Shown: piece after piece, positions 8,710 to 18,465 of the stretch
How positions within the stretch are numbered: the first letter of the stretch is position 1
Layout: each line of letters starts with the position of its first letter
DNA from: a virus
Reading direction: 5' to 3' (one strand)
DNA: 64,000 bases
IMG/VR virus record: IMGVR_UViG_3300047560_000604
Coordinates: 32,001 to 96,000 of that record
The notes under the pieces: model-generated
Told to the model about the DNA's origin: nothing
The model's input: only the letters and a program-made list of their open reading frames with translations
The model's database searches: none
Position numbers and translations under genes: made by a program

Positions 8710-9753
8710 ATGAAAAAAGTGAAACCTACAACAAAAGAACAGTTAATATACTTTTTTATAACCAACGTAAGTTTAGGAACTTACGATAAAAGATTCTTGT
8801 CTAATATAGAATCAATGAGCCTCATTGAAGGAAAACCATTGACCTCTAACCAAGTAGCATTGTTAGATAAGATAATCGCTAGGTATAGTAGACAGTTATC
8901 TAAAATGGAAATCAACGTAGATGAAATGTTGGCACTGCCATGGAACCTACAACCGATTGAAAGTCTACCACAATTCACTGAGGCTCACTTGAATCTCATG
9001 GAGGATGTATTTCTACTACATAGTCCATATAAGAAAGAATTCATCGATGAATTCAAACAAGCTGACATTGATGGTAAGTGGAACAAAGAAGACCGGTGCT
9101 GGACATTCCCTGCGTGTACTCATTCATTAAGTATAGCTACCTTTCTGATTGAAAAACATTATAACAAAGTAAACTACTGCGACCAAACTAAAGAGTTTAT
9201 AAATACAGCTAGTGAGTACAAGGATATGAAATATTGGAATCCTACTTACAAGTATATCAACGGTTCATTCTATGTTGTAGCAACAAATCCATATCTTGAA
9301 TCTGCAATTACAGATTTAGAATTTAACTTAGACCTTTCAGTCTTAGCTAGATTAGTAAGATATGGTGTCACTATTGATGACACAGTATTGATGAAGTTCA
9401 GTGAAACGTATTCGGTTGATGAAATAGCCTTTGCTATAGATCCTAAACCCAAAGTAGAAATAAACGATGATTCTATCATAGACAAGTTACAATCAATTAA
9501 AACAGATTGTGTTGCTTTTATGGAACTCACCGGCAGTTCTAGTAATTTTTTCAAAGGGTTGAAAGAGCAACTAAACGACACTGACATGAAGCAATTAACA
9601 CTATCAACCCGAGAGCCAGTCAATGATGCTTTCGTAGATAGTGAATACCCCGTGCTACTTGTATCTGGCTTTTGGACTAAATCCATGATGGATTCTCGTC
9701 AAGCTGCCAAAGTTATACACGTAGTAAACAGTAAACCAATTTTTATTAAATGA
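8710..9753 (+). CDS. Hypothetical protein upstream of UvsW
   Basis: 347-aa ORF; central PYKKEFIDEFK…GKWNKEDRCW resembles HARP-like modules (weak). Confidence 0.65.
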   Translation: MKKVKPTTKEQLIYFFITNVSLGTYDKRFLSNIESMSLIEGKPLTSNQVALLDKIIARYSRQLSKMEINVDEMLALPWNLQPIESLPQFTEAHLNLMEDVFLLHSPYKKEFIDEFKQADIDGKWNKEDRCWTFPACTHSLSIATFLIEKHYNKVNYCDQTKEFINTASEYKDMKYWNPTYKYINGSFYVVATNPYLESAITDLEFNLDLSVLARLVRYGVTIDDTVLMKFSETYSVDEIAFAIDPKPKVEINDDSIIDKLQSIKTDCVAFMELTGSSSNFFKGLKEQLNDTDMKQLTLSTREPVNDAFVDSEYPVLLVSGFWTKSMMDSRQAAKVIHVVNSKPIFIK

Positions 9754-11237
9754 AACAATGCAAAATAATCGTTAAGGATGAAGTTAACGTAAAAATAGAA
9801 GGACTCGAACTAACAGAGCGCAAGGCTCTGATGAAGAAGTTTGAGTATGAGAAGCCGGGTGCGAGGTATTTACCAAGTGTCCGGCTTGGTCGTTGGAATG
9901 GCAAGATTAGCTATTTCAGTCTAGGTGGTTCTAGTTTTGTAAACTTATTACCTGACATCCTTCCCTTCATTGACCAAGCAGGTTATGATATTGAGCTAGA
10001 AGACTTGCGTGAGTATTCTACTACGTTCAACTTCACCGAGTTCAAAGAAGATAGCTTCGCCGCGCACGTGTGGCCTGACAAGCATCCAATGGCAGGTTCT
10101 CCTGTTATGATTCGTGACTATCAGATTGAGATTATCAACAACTTCTTAAAGAATCCGCAATCACTACAAGAAGTTGCGACTGGTGCTGGCAAAACAATTA
10201 TGACTGCCGCACTGAGTTATTCAGTAGAGGGTTATGGACGTTCAATCGTTATCGTTCCTAACAAGGACTTGGTTACACAAACAGAACGTGATTACATTAA
10301 CGTGGGATTAGACGTAGGTGTATACTTCGGTGACAGAAAAGACTACGGTAAGACTCACACAATTTGTACGTGGCAAAGTCTTGGCAACATGTTAAAGAAA
10401 ACTAAAGCAGATGAAGCAGAGATTACAATAGGTGAATTCATTGAAGGTGTATGCTGTGTTATCGTTGACGAAGTTCACATGGCTAAAGCTGACGTATTGA
10501 AAGAACTATTGACAGGGGTAATGTCACACATTCCAATTCGTTGGGGATTGACTGGAACTATCCCTAAGAGTGAGTTTGATTATAAAGCTATCATGGTCTC
10601 ACTTGGACCTGTTATCGGTAAACTATCAGCAAAAGAATTACAAGACAAAGGCGTGTTATCAAACTGTCACGTTAACATCGTACAATTACAAGATAAAGTA
10701 GAGTTCAGTAACTACCAAACTGAATTGAAATATCTTCTTGAAGATGACAAACGATTGACTTCTATTTGTCAGTTACTTGAGAAGATTAAAGAGACTGGCA
10801 ACACATTAATTCTTGTTGATAGAGTGTCAGCAGGTAGAGCAATTCAAACAAGATTGAGTGAGGCATTCACTAAAGAAAGACTTGATTACGAAGTTAGTTT
10901 TGTGTCAGGTGAGACAGGATTAACTGAGAGGAAAGAACAGTATGATGAAGTGGCTACAGCTACTAACAAGGTTATTGTGGCGACTTATGGTGTGGCCGCT
11001 GTGGGTATTAATATTCCTAGGATTTTCAATCTGGTTCTTGTGGAACCCGGAAAGAGCTTTGTTCGAGTTATCCAATCTATTGGACGAGGTATTAGAAAGG
11101 CAGAAGATAAGGACTTTGTACAAATCTGGGATATTACGAGTTCCTGTAAATTCGCCAAACGACATTTGACACAACGTAAGACGTTCTACAAAGAGGCGTC
11201 GTACCCGTTTTCGATTGAAAAACTAGACTATAAGTGA
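9750..11237 (+). CDS. uvsW: SF2 DNA helicase (UvsW-like)
   Basis: RDYQ, ATGAGKT, IVDEVH, GLTGT, QSIGRGIR motifs. Confidence 0.9.
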   Translation: MKQCKIIVKDEVNVKIEGLELTERKALMKKFEYEKPGARYLPSVRLGRWNGKISYFSLGGSSFVNLLPDILPFIDQAGYDIELEDLREYSTTFNFTEFKEDSFAAHVWPDKHPMAGSPVMIRDYQIEIINNFLKNPQSLQEVATGAGKTIMTAALSYSVEGYGRSIVIVPNKDLVTQTERDYINVGLDVGVYFGDRKDYGKTHTICTWQSLGNMLKKTKADEAEITIGEFIEGVCCVIVDEVHMAKADVLKELLTGVMSHIPIRWGLTGTIPKSEFDYKAIMVSLGPVIGKLSAKELQDKGVLSNCHVNIVQLQDKVEFSNYQTELKYLLEDDKRLTSICQLLEKIKETGNTLILVDRVSAGRAIQTRLSEAFTKERLDYEVSFVSGETGLTERKEQYDEVATATNKVIVATYGVAAVGINIPRIFNLVLVEPGKSFVRVIQSIGRGIRKAEDKDFVQIWDITSSCKFAKRHLTQRKTFYKEASYPFSIEKLDYK

Positions 11238-11249
11238 TACAATATAATT

Positions 11250-11750
11250 ATGCGAATTTTAACTTTAGACAACCAATACTATAACTTAGAGACACTACCA
11301 GAAGAAGTAGATGACTTACGCTTTGCTATCTTAGATAACAGCACACCAACAAACGTAGACTATCATTACATTCCATTAATCTTCTTAGAATCGTTTAACT
11401 CACCTGCTCTCGTATTGAGAGTGGGAGACAAGACTATAAAGATGCCGGTTGATTGGCAAATATTAATAGGCGAACCTGAAATGGGTGACTTAGAAACGTT
11501 ACCATTAACAAGTATCAATGATCGGGGATTCAAAGCATTTGAGTTTAATCCATTGTCAGCATTCAGACCCAGCTTTCAAGACATTGAGATTGTAGACATA
11601 TATCACGATGTAACATGGTATGCACCTCGATTGAAGAACGGACAGTTCTTATGTGTACCGATAGATGATACAGATAAACCCCGATGTGTTTACTTTGTAA
11701 AAGAGATTAGTAGAAACTGTGAAATCGTAGACTATCAACAGGCTTGGTAA
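11250..11750 (+). CDS. Hypothetical protein
   Basis: 166-aa ORF between helicase and clamp-loader-like gene. Confidence 0.75.
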   Translation: MRILTLDNQYYNLETLPEEVDDLRFAILDNSTPTNVDYHYIPLIFLESFNSPALVLRVGDKTIKMPVDWQILIGEPEMGDLETLPLTSINDRGFKAFEFNPLSAFRPSFQDIEIVDIYHDVTWYAPRLKNGQFLCVPIDDTDKPRCVYFVKEISRNCEIVDYQQAW

Positions 11751-12346
11751 TGGCAACTAAAAAACCCGCAATAGCAAAAGACGAAAAGTTTGAAAAGCAA
11801 GACCTTGATTTGTTTGAGGCACTAGGTGCATTAGACAAGAAGGACTATGGATATTATTCTAGGCTCACGGAAGACCAGAAGAAGAAATTCTCTCACTATA
11901 TGATGACTACTTGGATGAGTATGGTAGATTCACGCAACAGTGAATTGCAAGGATACTATATTCGTGCCACTGATATGGCAGCGAACAAGCACATGTTCAA
12001 CGAAAACGTTCAACGTCATCCTGAATTGCAATGGTTGATGCTATGTGCTATTAGTCCTGGCATGGGTGCTCAACGTAGAAAGTGGATCCCGCATCTATCA
12101 CCTAAAGTTGCGATGTTAAAAGAAACACCCAAGGCTAAAGACATAAAAGAATATTACAGCAAAATCTATCCTGGAACTAAAGACAGTGACTTGACTATGA
12201 TTAGTGATGTGTTTGTTAAAGAACACAAGAAGAAAGTATATCTAGCAAGTGTATACCCACTGATGAAACAGACTGACATTGAACTACTAGCACAAATGGT
12301 TACTGATGAAGATATTGAACAATATGAGCGAGACCGAGGAAACTAA
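11750..12346 (+). CDS. gp62: Probable clamp-loader small subunit (gp62-like)
   Basis: YYSRLTEDQKKKFSHYMMTTWMS…HPELQWLMLC resembles gp62-type proteins; gp44-like gene present at 62731. Confidence 0.5.
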   Translation: MATKKPAIAKDEKFEKQDLDLFEALGALDKKDYGYYSRLTEDQKKKFSHYMMTTWMSMVDSRNSELQGYYIRATDMAANKHMFNENVQRHPELQWLMLCAISPGMGAQRRKWIPHLSPKVAMLKETPKAKDIKEYYSKIYPGTKDSDLTMISDVFVKEHKKKVYLASVYPLMKQTDIELLAQMVTDEDIEQYERDRGN

Positions 12347-13022
12347 ACCAATATATGGTTGTGAATTTTGTAATCGTAAATTTGCAAGAGAACGCACATT
12401 AGTTTCCCACATCTGTGAAACAAAATCTAGATGGCTTAGTAGAGATACCGCAGGCAATCGTTTGGGATATCAATGCTTCTTGCAATTCTATAAAAAGAAT
12501 ACAACAGCAAAGAAACCCAAGCCATACGAGGAGTATATTCGTAGCCCGTACTATACTGCGTTTGCTAAGTTCGGTAGTTACTGTGTTGATGTGCAAGTTA
12601 TCAACGTAAGTAGATATGTTGATTGGCTATTGAAAGATAGTATCAAGCTAGATAATTGGGCAACTGACGCAAACTACACAAAGTTCTTGTGTGAGTATCT
12701 TAGAATAGAAGACCCATTTGATGCTATTTACCGAAGCGTTGAGAAGTGTGTTGAATTGGGTGAGGCCCAAAATATATTACCAAATGATGTGTTGAGATTT
12801 GGGAATGTGAACAAAATCTGTTACGCCATAACAACGGGCAAAATCTCCCCCTGGATGTTGTATTGTAGCGACAGTGGTACCCAATTTCTAGCTAACTTAA
12901 ATGAAGATCATGTTAGAATAGTCATAGATTATATAAATCCACAACAATGGGCATTGAAGTTTAACCGTGACGAAAATCTTAAACAACAAATCAGAGACAC
13001 GCTCCAAGCCGCAGGGTACTAA
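12306..13022 (+). CDS. Hypothetical protein with N-terminal Zn finger
   Basis: CEFC-x12-H-x-C. Confidence 0.7.
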   Translation: MKILNNMSETEETKPIYGCEFCNRKFARERTLVSHICETKSRWLSRDTAGNRLGYQCFLQFYKKNTTAKKPKPYEEYIRSPYYTAFAKFGSYCVDVQVINVSRYVDWLLKDSIKLDNWATDANYTKFLCEYLRIEDPFDAIYRSVEKCVELGEAQNILPNDVLRFGNVNKICYAITTGKISPWMLYCSDSGTQFLANLNEDHVRIVIDYINPQQWALKFNRDENLKQQIRDTLQAAGY

Positions 13023-13206
13023 AGTAACACTTGATTGGCGGCACGGGCGTGATGGGACAGAATCATGGAATGAGATTTGTGCTTGGGTAATTGAGCAATA
13101 TGGTATGCCAGGCACACTTTACACATGGCACCCAACGGAAGACTACATGCAGTTCTACTTTCATAGAGAAAAGGATGCTATTCATTTTAGTTTGAGGTGG
13201 TTATGA
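12967..13206 (+). CDS. LRW-family small protein
   Basis: AWVIEQYG…FYFHREKDAIHFSLRWL*. Confidence 0.75.
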   Translation: MTKILNNKSETRSKPQGTKVTLDWRHGRDGTESWNEICAWVIEQYGMPGTLYTWHPTEDYMQFYFHREKDAIHFSLRWL

Positions 13207-13466
13207 AAGAACCCTATTTTGTTAGAGAAAGATACATTGTTAATGTATGTAGAGGTCTATGGATAGAGCCTTGGCCCAAATACTTTGATAACTTTTGGAA
13301 TCATTGTCTTGCTATTGGTCATGAAAATGAATGGCAAACTATCACTGTTGCTAACCATGAACTTAAACCATTAGGTGGTAAACTGATTATAACTAAAACA
13401 CAAGGGTGGTACTTACGTTGGGATGATGAAAAAACTCACGCATTTTTTATATTAAAGTGGTCATGA
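13203..13466 (+). CDS. LRW-family small protein
   Basis: …DDEKTHAFFILKWS*; ATG at 13203 after GAGGTG. Confidence 0.75.
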   Translation: MKEPYFVRERYIVNVCRGLWIEPWPKYFDNFWNHCLAIGHENEWQTITVANHELKPLGGKLIITKTQGWYLRWDDEKTHAFFILKWS

Positions 13467-13645
13467 ATCAACATAGTATCGCTATCGAAAGATGGACTTG
13501 GAAACATAGAAATGAAGTGAGAATGTGGCTAGTTGAGAACTTCGGTGTTCATGGTGGTCGCTGGTTTGAAGATCCTGACTACGGATTAGATAATCTAGTT
13601 ATGGATGAAGATGTTTATATGATGTATAGGTTGAGGTGGGAATAA
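13463..13645 (+). CDS. LRW-family small protein
   Basis: MWLVENFG…DEDVYMMYRLRWE*. Confidence 0.75.
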   Translation: MNQHSIAIERWTWKHRNEVRMWLVENFGVHGGRWFEDPDYGLDNLVMDEDVYMMYRLRWE

Positions 13646-13818
13646 TGGATCTTACTGAAGAACAATGTGACAAAATTTTTACTCCAAGTGAGGCAGAGCA
13701 AACTTGGCTAGTGTTACAAGGTAAATGCCCGCACAACGGCGGCTGGCGTCATGTGGGTCACGGTCATAACGATGACTGCTATGAATGTAAATTATGCAGC
13801 GAATCAAGATGGTGGTAA
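13645..13818 (+). CDS. Small Zn-ribbon-like protein
   Basis: CPH…CYECKLC; TAATG coupling. Confidence 0.6.
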   Translation: MDLTEEQCDKIFTPSEAEQTWLVLQGKCPHNGGWRHVGHGHNDDCYECKLCSESRWW

Positions 13819-13819
13819 C

Positions 13820-14065
13820 ATGAGACTGAAAGCGTTCAGAGGCAATCTGATGGCGCACAAACATCGCGGTAATCGCTGGACAGTGAGAGTTGCTGGCAAG
13901 ATTGATGATGAAGTGTGGTGTTGGTTAAGTGATAATTATGGCGAAGAAGATTTTGAAAATGGTCCCTGGGCTAGAATGTATGCTTCATGGGACTATTATA
14001 GTCACGCTACTTATGATGTAACAGACCCTAAAATTATTACTATGTTGAAATTGAGGTTTGAATGA
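13820..14065 (+). CDS. LRW-family small protein
   Basis: CWLSDNYG…DPKIITMLKLRFE*. Confidence 0.7.
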   Translation: MRLKAFRGNLMAHKHRGNRWTVRVAGKIDDEVWCWLSDNYGEEDFENGPWARMYASWDYYSHATYDVTDPKIITMLKLRFE

Positions 14066-14379
14066 TTACAAGTGTATGGTACTCTACGGACGATCATAGA
14101 CCTTCTGTAGAGGGTTATTACCTAGCATACAAATTGCCTACTTTAGGTGATGATGAAGAAGGCTACGGGGTATACTACTGGGATGAGTTTTATAGAGACT
14201 GGAGAGAATCGAGTTCCCCTCAGTCACACGGCGTTAGAGTTAGCTTATGGTCAGAATTGCCACCACACGACCCTCGTGATAATACTGTACATCCACCCTC
14301 AGTAGCAGAAATTGACGCTTGGAATAATGTGATGAATGCCATTGACAAATTTAACATGGTGAAAGAGTTGAGTAGATAA
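14062..14379 (+). CDS. Small hypothetical protein (DUF551-like start)
   Basis: W.S..D.RP..EG.YL…V..W.ELP pattern. Confidence 0.6.
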   Translation: MITSVWYSTDDHRPSVEGYYLAYKLPTLGDDEEGYGVYYWDEFYRDWRESSSPQSHGVRVSLWSELPPHDPRDNTVHPPSVAEIDAWNNVMNAIDKFNMVKELSR

Positions 14380-14723
14380 TGTTAGAAGTTGTGAACAAGA
14401 TTCTCGGAATGTTTGGTAAAGACATTCAAGCGAAAGCTACCCGAAAGATAGCAAACCCCGGTGACCAATTTAGCCCATTTAAGATAGTAGATGGGTATAT
14501 TGGGTTTAAACCTTTCCTAATTATTGAGAATCAAAACGAAACTATGTTATACTCACATGACTGTGTAGCAATTGATACCCGGTCAGAAGTTGAATTATGG
14601 ATACTTGACCAACCAGTTCACATGTGGAAGTATGCAGAAGAATGTGATGATTGTCACCCTGCAATGACAAGATTTTTAGTAAACAAAGAATTATTAACTT
14701 GGATGGAGTTAAAATGGAATTGA
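14379..14723 (+). CDS. LRW-family small protein
   Basis: …NKELLTWMELKWN*. Confidence 0.7.
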   Translation: MLEVVNKILGMFGKDIQAKATRKIANPGDQFSPFKIVDGYIGFKPFLIIENQNETMLYSHDCVAIDTRSEVELWILDQPVHMWKYAEECDDCHPAMTRFLVNKELLTWMELKWN

Positions 14724-15151
14724 ATCACTTATCAGATAATGAATTGATTGAGCATATCATTAGATATGATAATGACCCTGTGAGGGTTCGTCTTGCCACT
14801 CACATGCAACGAGTTAGTGGTGCTATCATTGATGACTTGCTTGATGCTGGTATGGATGACACATGGTGTAATTTTGATAGTGTTGTGAATGGTGCTCAAT
14901 ATCACCCCGGTCGATATATTACGCACCTTGAGAATGAAGTTGAATATCTTAACGACAAATTATCCGACGCCCTCAAAGAAATCAAAGAACTTCAAGCACG
15001 AACTATCATGGACTTTATCGGTGAACTTAAACAAGAGATTAAGACTGTAGAATGGTGCAGAGATGAGGCTTACAGAGATAGAGACAAAGCACAAGAGAAT
15101 GAAAAGTTGATGAAAAGTAAACTTAGCATGTGGGCTGAGTTGAACAGATGA
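14714..15151 (+). CDS. Coiled-coil hypothetical protein
   Basis: ATG at 14714 inside the AAA-TGG (KW) codons of the upstream gene; helical C-half. Confidence 0.65.
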   Translation: MELNHLSDNELIEHIIRYDNDPVRVRLATHMQRVSGAIIDDLLDAGMDDTWCNFDSVVNGAQYHPGRYITHLENEVEYLNDKLSDALKEIKELQARTIMDFIGELKQEIKTVEWCRDEAYRDRDKAQENEKLMKSKLSMWAELNR

Positions 15152-15372
15152 ACGATAAAGTGAAAAGTTTTATGGAACAATGGTTCGGTGAAGAAGAACT
15201 CAATGACAAGTACTGGCCCTATCAGTTTACTATCAATGACTGGCAACGTATTCGTGAAACTGAACGATTTTGCTATAACAGTTTTAAAAGTGGTAACTGG
15301 CGCAATCGTGGAAGATACTTTGGATTCAAACGTAAGCAAGATTACGAATGGTTCTTATTAAGGTGGCTATGA
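15148..15372 (+). CDS. LRW-family small protein
   Basis: FMEQWFG…FGFKRKQDYEWFLLRWL*. Confidence 0.8.
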   Translation: MNDKVKSFMEQWFGEEELNDKYWPYQFTINDWQRIRETERFCYNSFKSGNWRNRGRYFGFKRKQDYEWFLLRWL

Positions 15373-15626
15373 GAGTAGAGTTTAATCAAGGCGTACCCGA
15401 AGGATGTAAGCAATGGCTTTGGGATAATGTCGGACCCGGCAATATAACATTGACTAGACCTGGTATCATTGACACAAAAGATAGTCCCGAGTATGCTTGG
15501 TTCTTTGAGCGTATTAAGAAACCAACAACCCCGGAATCGTTTTATGACGACCCATTTTATTTTGTCCCTACTATCACAGTGAAAGATGAAAAGATGGCAA
15601 CAATATTTGCTTTGAGGTGGCTATGA
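15369..15626 (+). CDS. LRW-family small protein
   Basis: QWLWDNVG…DEKMATIFALRWL*. Confidence 0.8.
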   Translation: MRVEFNQGVPEGCKQWLWDNVGPGNITLTRPGIIDTKDSPEYAWFFERIKKPTTPESFYDDPFYFVPTITVKDEKMATIFALRWL

Positions 15627-15871
15627 TGGATTTAGAACTTGTAAAAAAGATTGTGGCTAGACAAGGGCAGAATGAGTTTCTCAAAAAACCTATCGTATTG
15701 CCACCCGAAGCAAAAGTTGTCACTGGTCAAATGAAGGAAGATGCTTACTTACATTTCCTAGAAACTAACTGCGGGGTAGAGATACATTTGTCAGAATATC
15801 ATAACGAGATAGTTGGGTACAATGTCATTGATGAAAAGAAATTTTCTTGGTTTGTATTGAAATGGTCATGA
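15623..15871 (+). CDS. LRW-family small protein
   Basis: HFLETNCG…DEKKFSWFVLKWS*. Confidence 0.8.
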   Translation: MMDLELVKKIVARQGQNEFLKKPIVLPPEAKVVTGQMKEDAYLHFLETNCGVEIHLSEYHNEIVGYNVIDEKKFSWFVLKWS

Positions 15872-15882
15872 AGGGACAATAA

Positions 15883-16221
15883 ATGGCACAGCCAATCATC
15901 ATGCCAATAATTAGACAGGTGACACCCACTTTACTAGCTAATAGTATCTTAGGTGTACAACCCATGACGGGCCCGGTGGGTGAAATCTTTACTATGAAGG
16001 CTAACTACGCTCCGCTCAAATATAAATTTAGCCGTGCTAAATGGTACTATGCAGACCATCGTTATGAAGATTATGATGCTATCATAGCATGGTGTACTGA
16101 ACAGTTTGGTCCGCGACCCAAACGCCCTGATGCATGGACACGATGGGTTGATGAACACATTGACCGTATTAAATTCCGTGACGAAAAAGATTATGCTTGG
16201 TTTGTGTTGAGATGGTCATGA
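15883..16221 (+). CDS. Fusion of a major-capsid (gp23) segment and an LRW domain
   Basis: N-terminus PIIMPIIRQVTPTLLANSILGVQPMTGPVGEIFTMKANY matches the gp23 GVQPM region; C-terminus AWCTEQFG…DEKDYAWFVLRWS*. Confidence 0.75.
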   Translation: MAQPIIMPIIRQVTPTLLANSILGVQPMTGPVGEIFTMKANYAPLKYKFSRAKWYYADHRYEDYDAIIAWCTEQFGPRPKRPDAWTRWVDEHIDRIKFRDEKDYAWFVLRWS

Positions 16222-16496
16222 CAGATACAGTCAAACTAGAGTGGACAGATATTTGTCGCCACGAGCATAGGTGTGAGAGCGGGAAAATGTTCCATCACAC
16301 TGTGCCCAGCTATAGTGTATACGTTCAAGCATACCAATGGTTGCGGGTAGAGCGTGGGTATAAGTTTATATGTGCTGCAGCCGAGATATCAGAGGAAGAA
16401 TACCCGGAAAGGGGTGGTAAAATTCACACCGGCAGATTCATATTCAAGTTCTTATGTGAGCAAGAGTATATGTGGTTTAAGTTGAGGTGGAGTTAA
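16218..16496 (+). CDS. LRW-family small protein
   Basis: QWLRVERG…CEQEYMWFKLRWS*. Confidence 0.8.
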   Translation: MTDTVKLEWTDICRHEHRCESGKMFHHTVPSYSVYVQAYQWLRVERGYKFICAAAEISEEEYPERGGKIHTGRFIFKFLCEQEYMWFKLRWS

Positions 16497-16774
16497 TGGA
16501 ATATTTTTACGGTGGCGGCGGCAACAATCGCCCTGTCTTTTTATACAGATTTAAAGTCAACCCTTGTACTACTGAAATGTATAAGTGGGCACAAGCATAT
16601 CCTGAGAAAGGTCCCTTCAGTCGGTTTCATGTTGAATGGCGAGGGGCTTATAGCAAAATGGATAGACCCTTAGAATATGATGTAATTCAGTTTGAACATA
16701 GTGAAGCCGCTAAAGTATTCAGAATCGCATTTGCGGGTGAGTATGAAGAAACCACTTTCAAAGAATACAGATGA
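16496..16774 (+). CDS. Degenerate LRW-like small protein
   Basis: KWAQAY…FEHSEAAKVFRIAF. Confidence 0.65.
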   Translation: MEYFYGGGGNNRPVFLYRFKVNPCTTEMYKWAQAYPEKGPFSRFHVEWRGAYSKMDRPLEYDVIQFEHSEAAKVFRIAFAGEYEETTFKEYR

Positions 16775-17001
16775 ACAAGTACGATTACTGGAGATTGTTA
16801 AGAATTCTTAAAACAGAATATGATAAACAGTATACTGGTTACTATGAACCGACATATACTGGTTTCACAGATTCGTTTGACAAGTACATACAAGAACAGT
16901 ACGGAATAAAAATGTGGATTCATAATGACGGTAATATTGATGGTACTTTTGAAATTCTAGACGAAGGTAAGTATGCATGGTGCCTACTTAAACATAAATG
17001 A
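16771..17001 (+). CDS. Degenerate LRW-like small protein
   Basis: KYIQEQYG…DEGKYAWCLLKHK*. Confidence 0.7.
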   Translation: MNKYDYWRLLRILKTEYDKQYTGYYEPTYTGFTDSFDKYIQEQYGIKMWIHNDGNIDGTFEILDEGKYAWCLLKHK

Positions 17002-17438
17002 AAATACTTAGACGAATCAAAGCCTACGTTAGACTCAAAAAGAGCAGAAATTTTCTAAAGAAACATAAGTGTTTATCTTATAAACAATACAAGCTCCAGT
17101 ATGACGATGATATAATTAAGTACGCTACTTTGGTTAGCCACTTCTATCACGGTTACCCATATACATGTTACTTTGAGAAAGTACCCGACGGTGAGTTGTT
17201 GATGCCTTGGTTAGAGAAAATGGACGATTGGTGTCATACTAATTGTTCGGGTAAAGTCAGACATGATATCCATAGAGTTATTCGGGAAAAGGGCTTGATT
17301 CACAATCAATATGATGATACAATGATATGGAGTGATATAGAAGATTTTTCCATGAATGATATCGGTGGACATGACTTGTTATTCTATGCGTTTAAAAGTG
17401 AAAAGGATTATGCGTGGTTCAAACTAAGATGGCAGTAA
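16998..17438 (+). CDS. LRW-family protein with N-terminal extension
   Basis: DWCHTNC…FKSEKDYAWFKLRWQ*. Confidence 0.8.
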   Translation: MKILRRIKAYVRLKKSRNFLKKHKCLSYKQYKLQYDDDIIKYATLVSHFYHGYPYTCYFEKVPDGELLMPWLEKMDDWCHTNCSGKVRHDIHRVIREKGLIHNQYDDTMIWSDIEDFSMNDIGGHDLLFYAFKSEKDYAWFKLRWQ

Positions 17439-17692
17439 AAACCAAAGAAGAAGAAATGATGGATATCTTGGCTGAAGAAATTCGCAAAGAAATTGATGAG
17501 GGTATCATATCAAATATATTAGTTGAGACTGGATGGACACCTGTACAGTTTTATTTTAAGAACGGTGAGCAAGCAGTTGATGTACAGATTTGGTTAGCCG
17601 GAACATGTACTGATGACTATCGTAGATTGGGCAGTGACTACTTGTTTAAAAGTAAGCAAGATGCTGAATGGTTTATTCTACGATGGCTATGA
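17429..17692 (+). CDS. LRW-family small protein
   Basis: …FKSKQDAEWFILRWL*. Confidence 0.8.
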   Translation: MAVKTKEEEMMDILAEEIRKEIDEGIISNILVETGWTPVQFYFKNGEQAVDVQIWLAGTCTDDYRRLGSDYLFKSKQDAEWFILRWL

Positions 17693-17946
17693 CATTCAAA
17701 ATTGATGAGGGCAGAGTGTATGGAGCACGATACTATACCGCAAAACCTCATTGTGATGATTGGGATGAAGCAGTCCCATGGTACATACTACAAGACTGGG
17801 TAGAAGAAATGTTCGGAGAAAGTAAGGGTTCTATATGGTTTGATAAGGGAATACCTCAACCAGGTGAAAGATGGTATGTGAACAATGCGAAATTTTGGTT
17901 TCGCAACAAAGAAGATTTAGAATGGTTTTTATTAAGATGGCAATGA
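17689..17946 (+). CDS. LRW-family small protein
   Basis: DWVEEMFG…FRNKEDLEWFLLRWQ*. Confidence 0.8.
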   Translation: MTFKIDEGRVYGARYYTAKPHCDDWDEAVPWYILQDWVEEMFGESKGSIWFDKGIPQPGERWYVNNAKFWFRNKEDLEWFLLRWQ

Positions 17947-18188
17947 AAATAGAAGCAACAAAAGAGTTAGTCCAAATGATTGAACGTTCCGCACGTGAGT
18001 GGAAGAGGATCAAACCAATCCTAGAAGAAAAACATCGTCATTATGATACCTACGCTGAAGATATGTTCGGGATCAATGTCGATTTTGGTGTGTTTGATAA
18101 CAAGGTAGCTATCATTGGTGCCCAAATAATAGATGATGAAAAGTACGTCAACTTTCTATTAAGGTACGGAGACATGCCAAATGAGTAA
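17943..18188 (+). CDS. LRW-family small protein
   Basis: YAEDMFG…DDEKYVNFLLRYG. Confidence 0.75.
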   Translation: MKIEATKELVQMIERSAREWKRIKPILEEKHRHYDTYAEDMFGINVDFGVFDNKVAIIGAQIIDDEKYVNFLLRYGDMPNE

Positions 18189-18465
18189 TATGCACAAAGC
18201 AGTAAAAGAAATTAAAGAATTAGGCTCCTTCAGATATTGGGATGAACACTACTACGGCAGTAAACGAACTATTACTACTATTACTTGGAAAGGCAGGGGC
18301 GAAGTTGACTCTGATGAAATACAAGATTGGTGTTTAACCTCATTTGGTAAGAGCGGCTATCAAGAAGAAATCGAAGATAGTCTTTGGGTTGATAATTGTC
18401 AGTACGGTGAGCTTATGTTATGTAGACCCGAACTACTCACAGCGTTTTTATTAAGATGGACATGA
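18181..18465 (+). CDS. LRW-family small protein
   Basis: DWCLTSFG…RPELLTAFLLRWT*. Confidence 0.8.
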   Translation: MSNMHKAVKEIKELGSFRYWDEHYYGSKRTITTITWKGRGEVDSDEIQDWCLTSFGKSGYQEEIEDSLWVDNCQYGELMLCRPELLTAFLLRWT

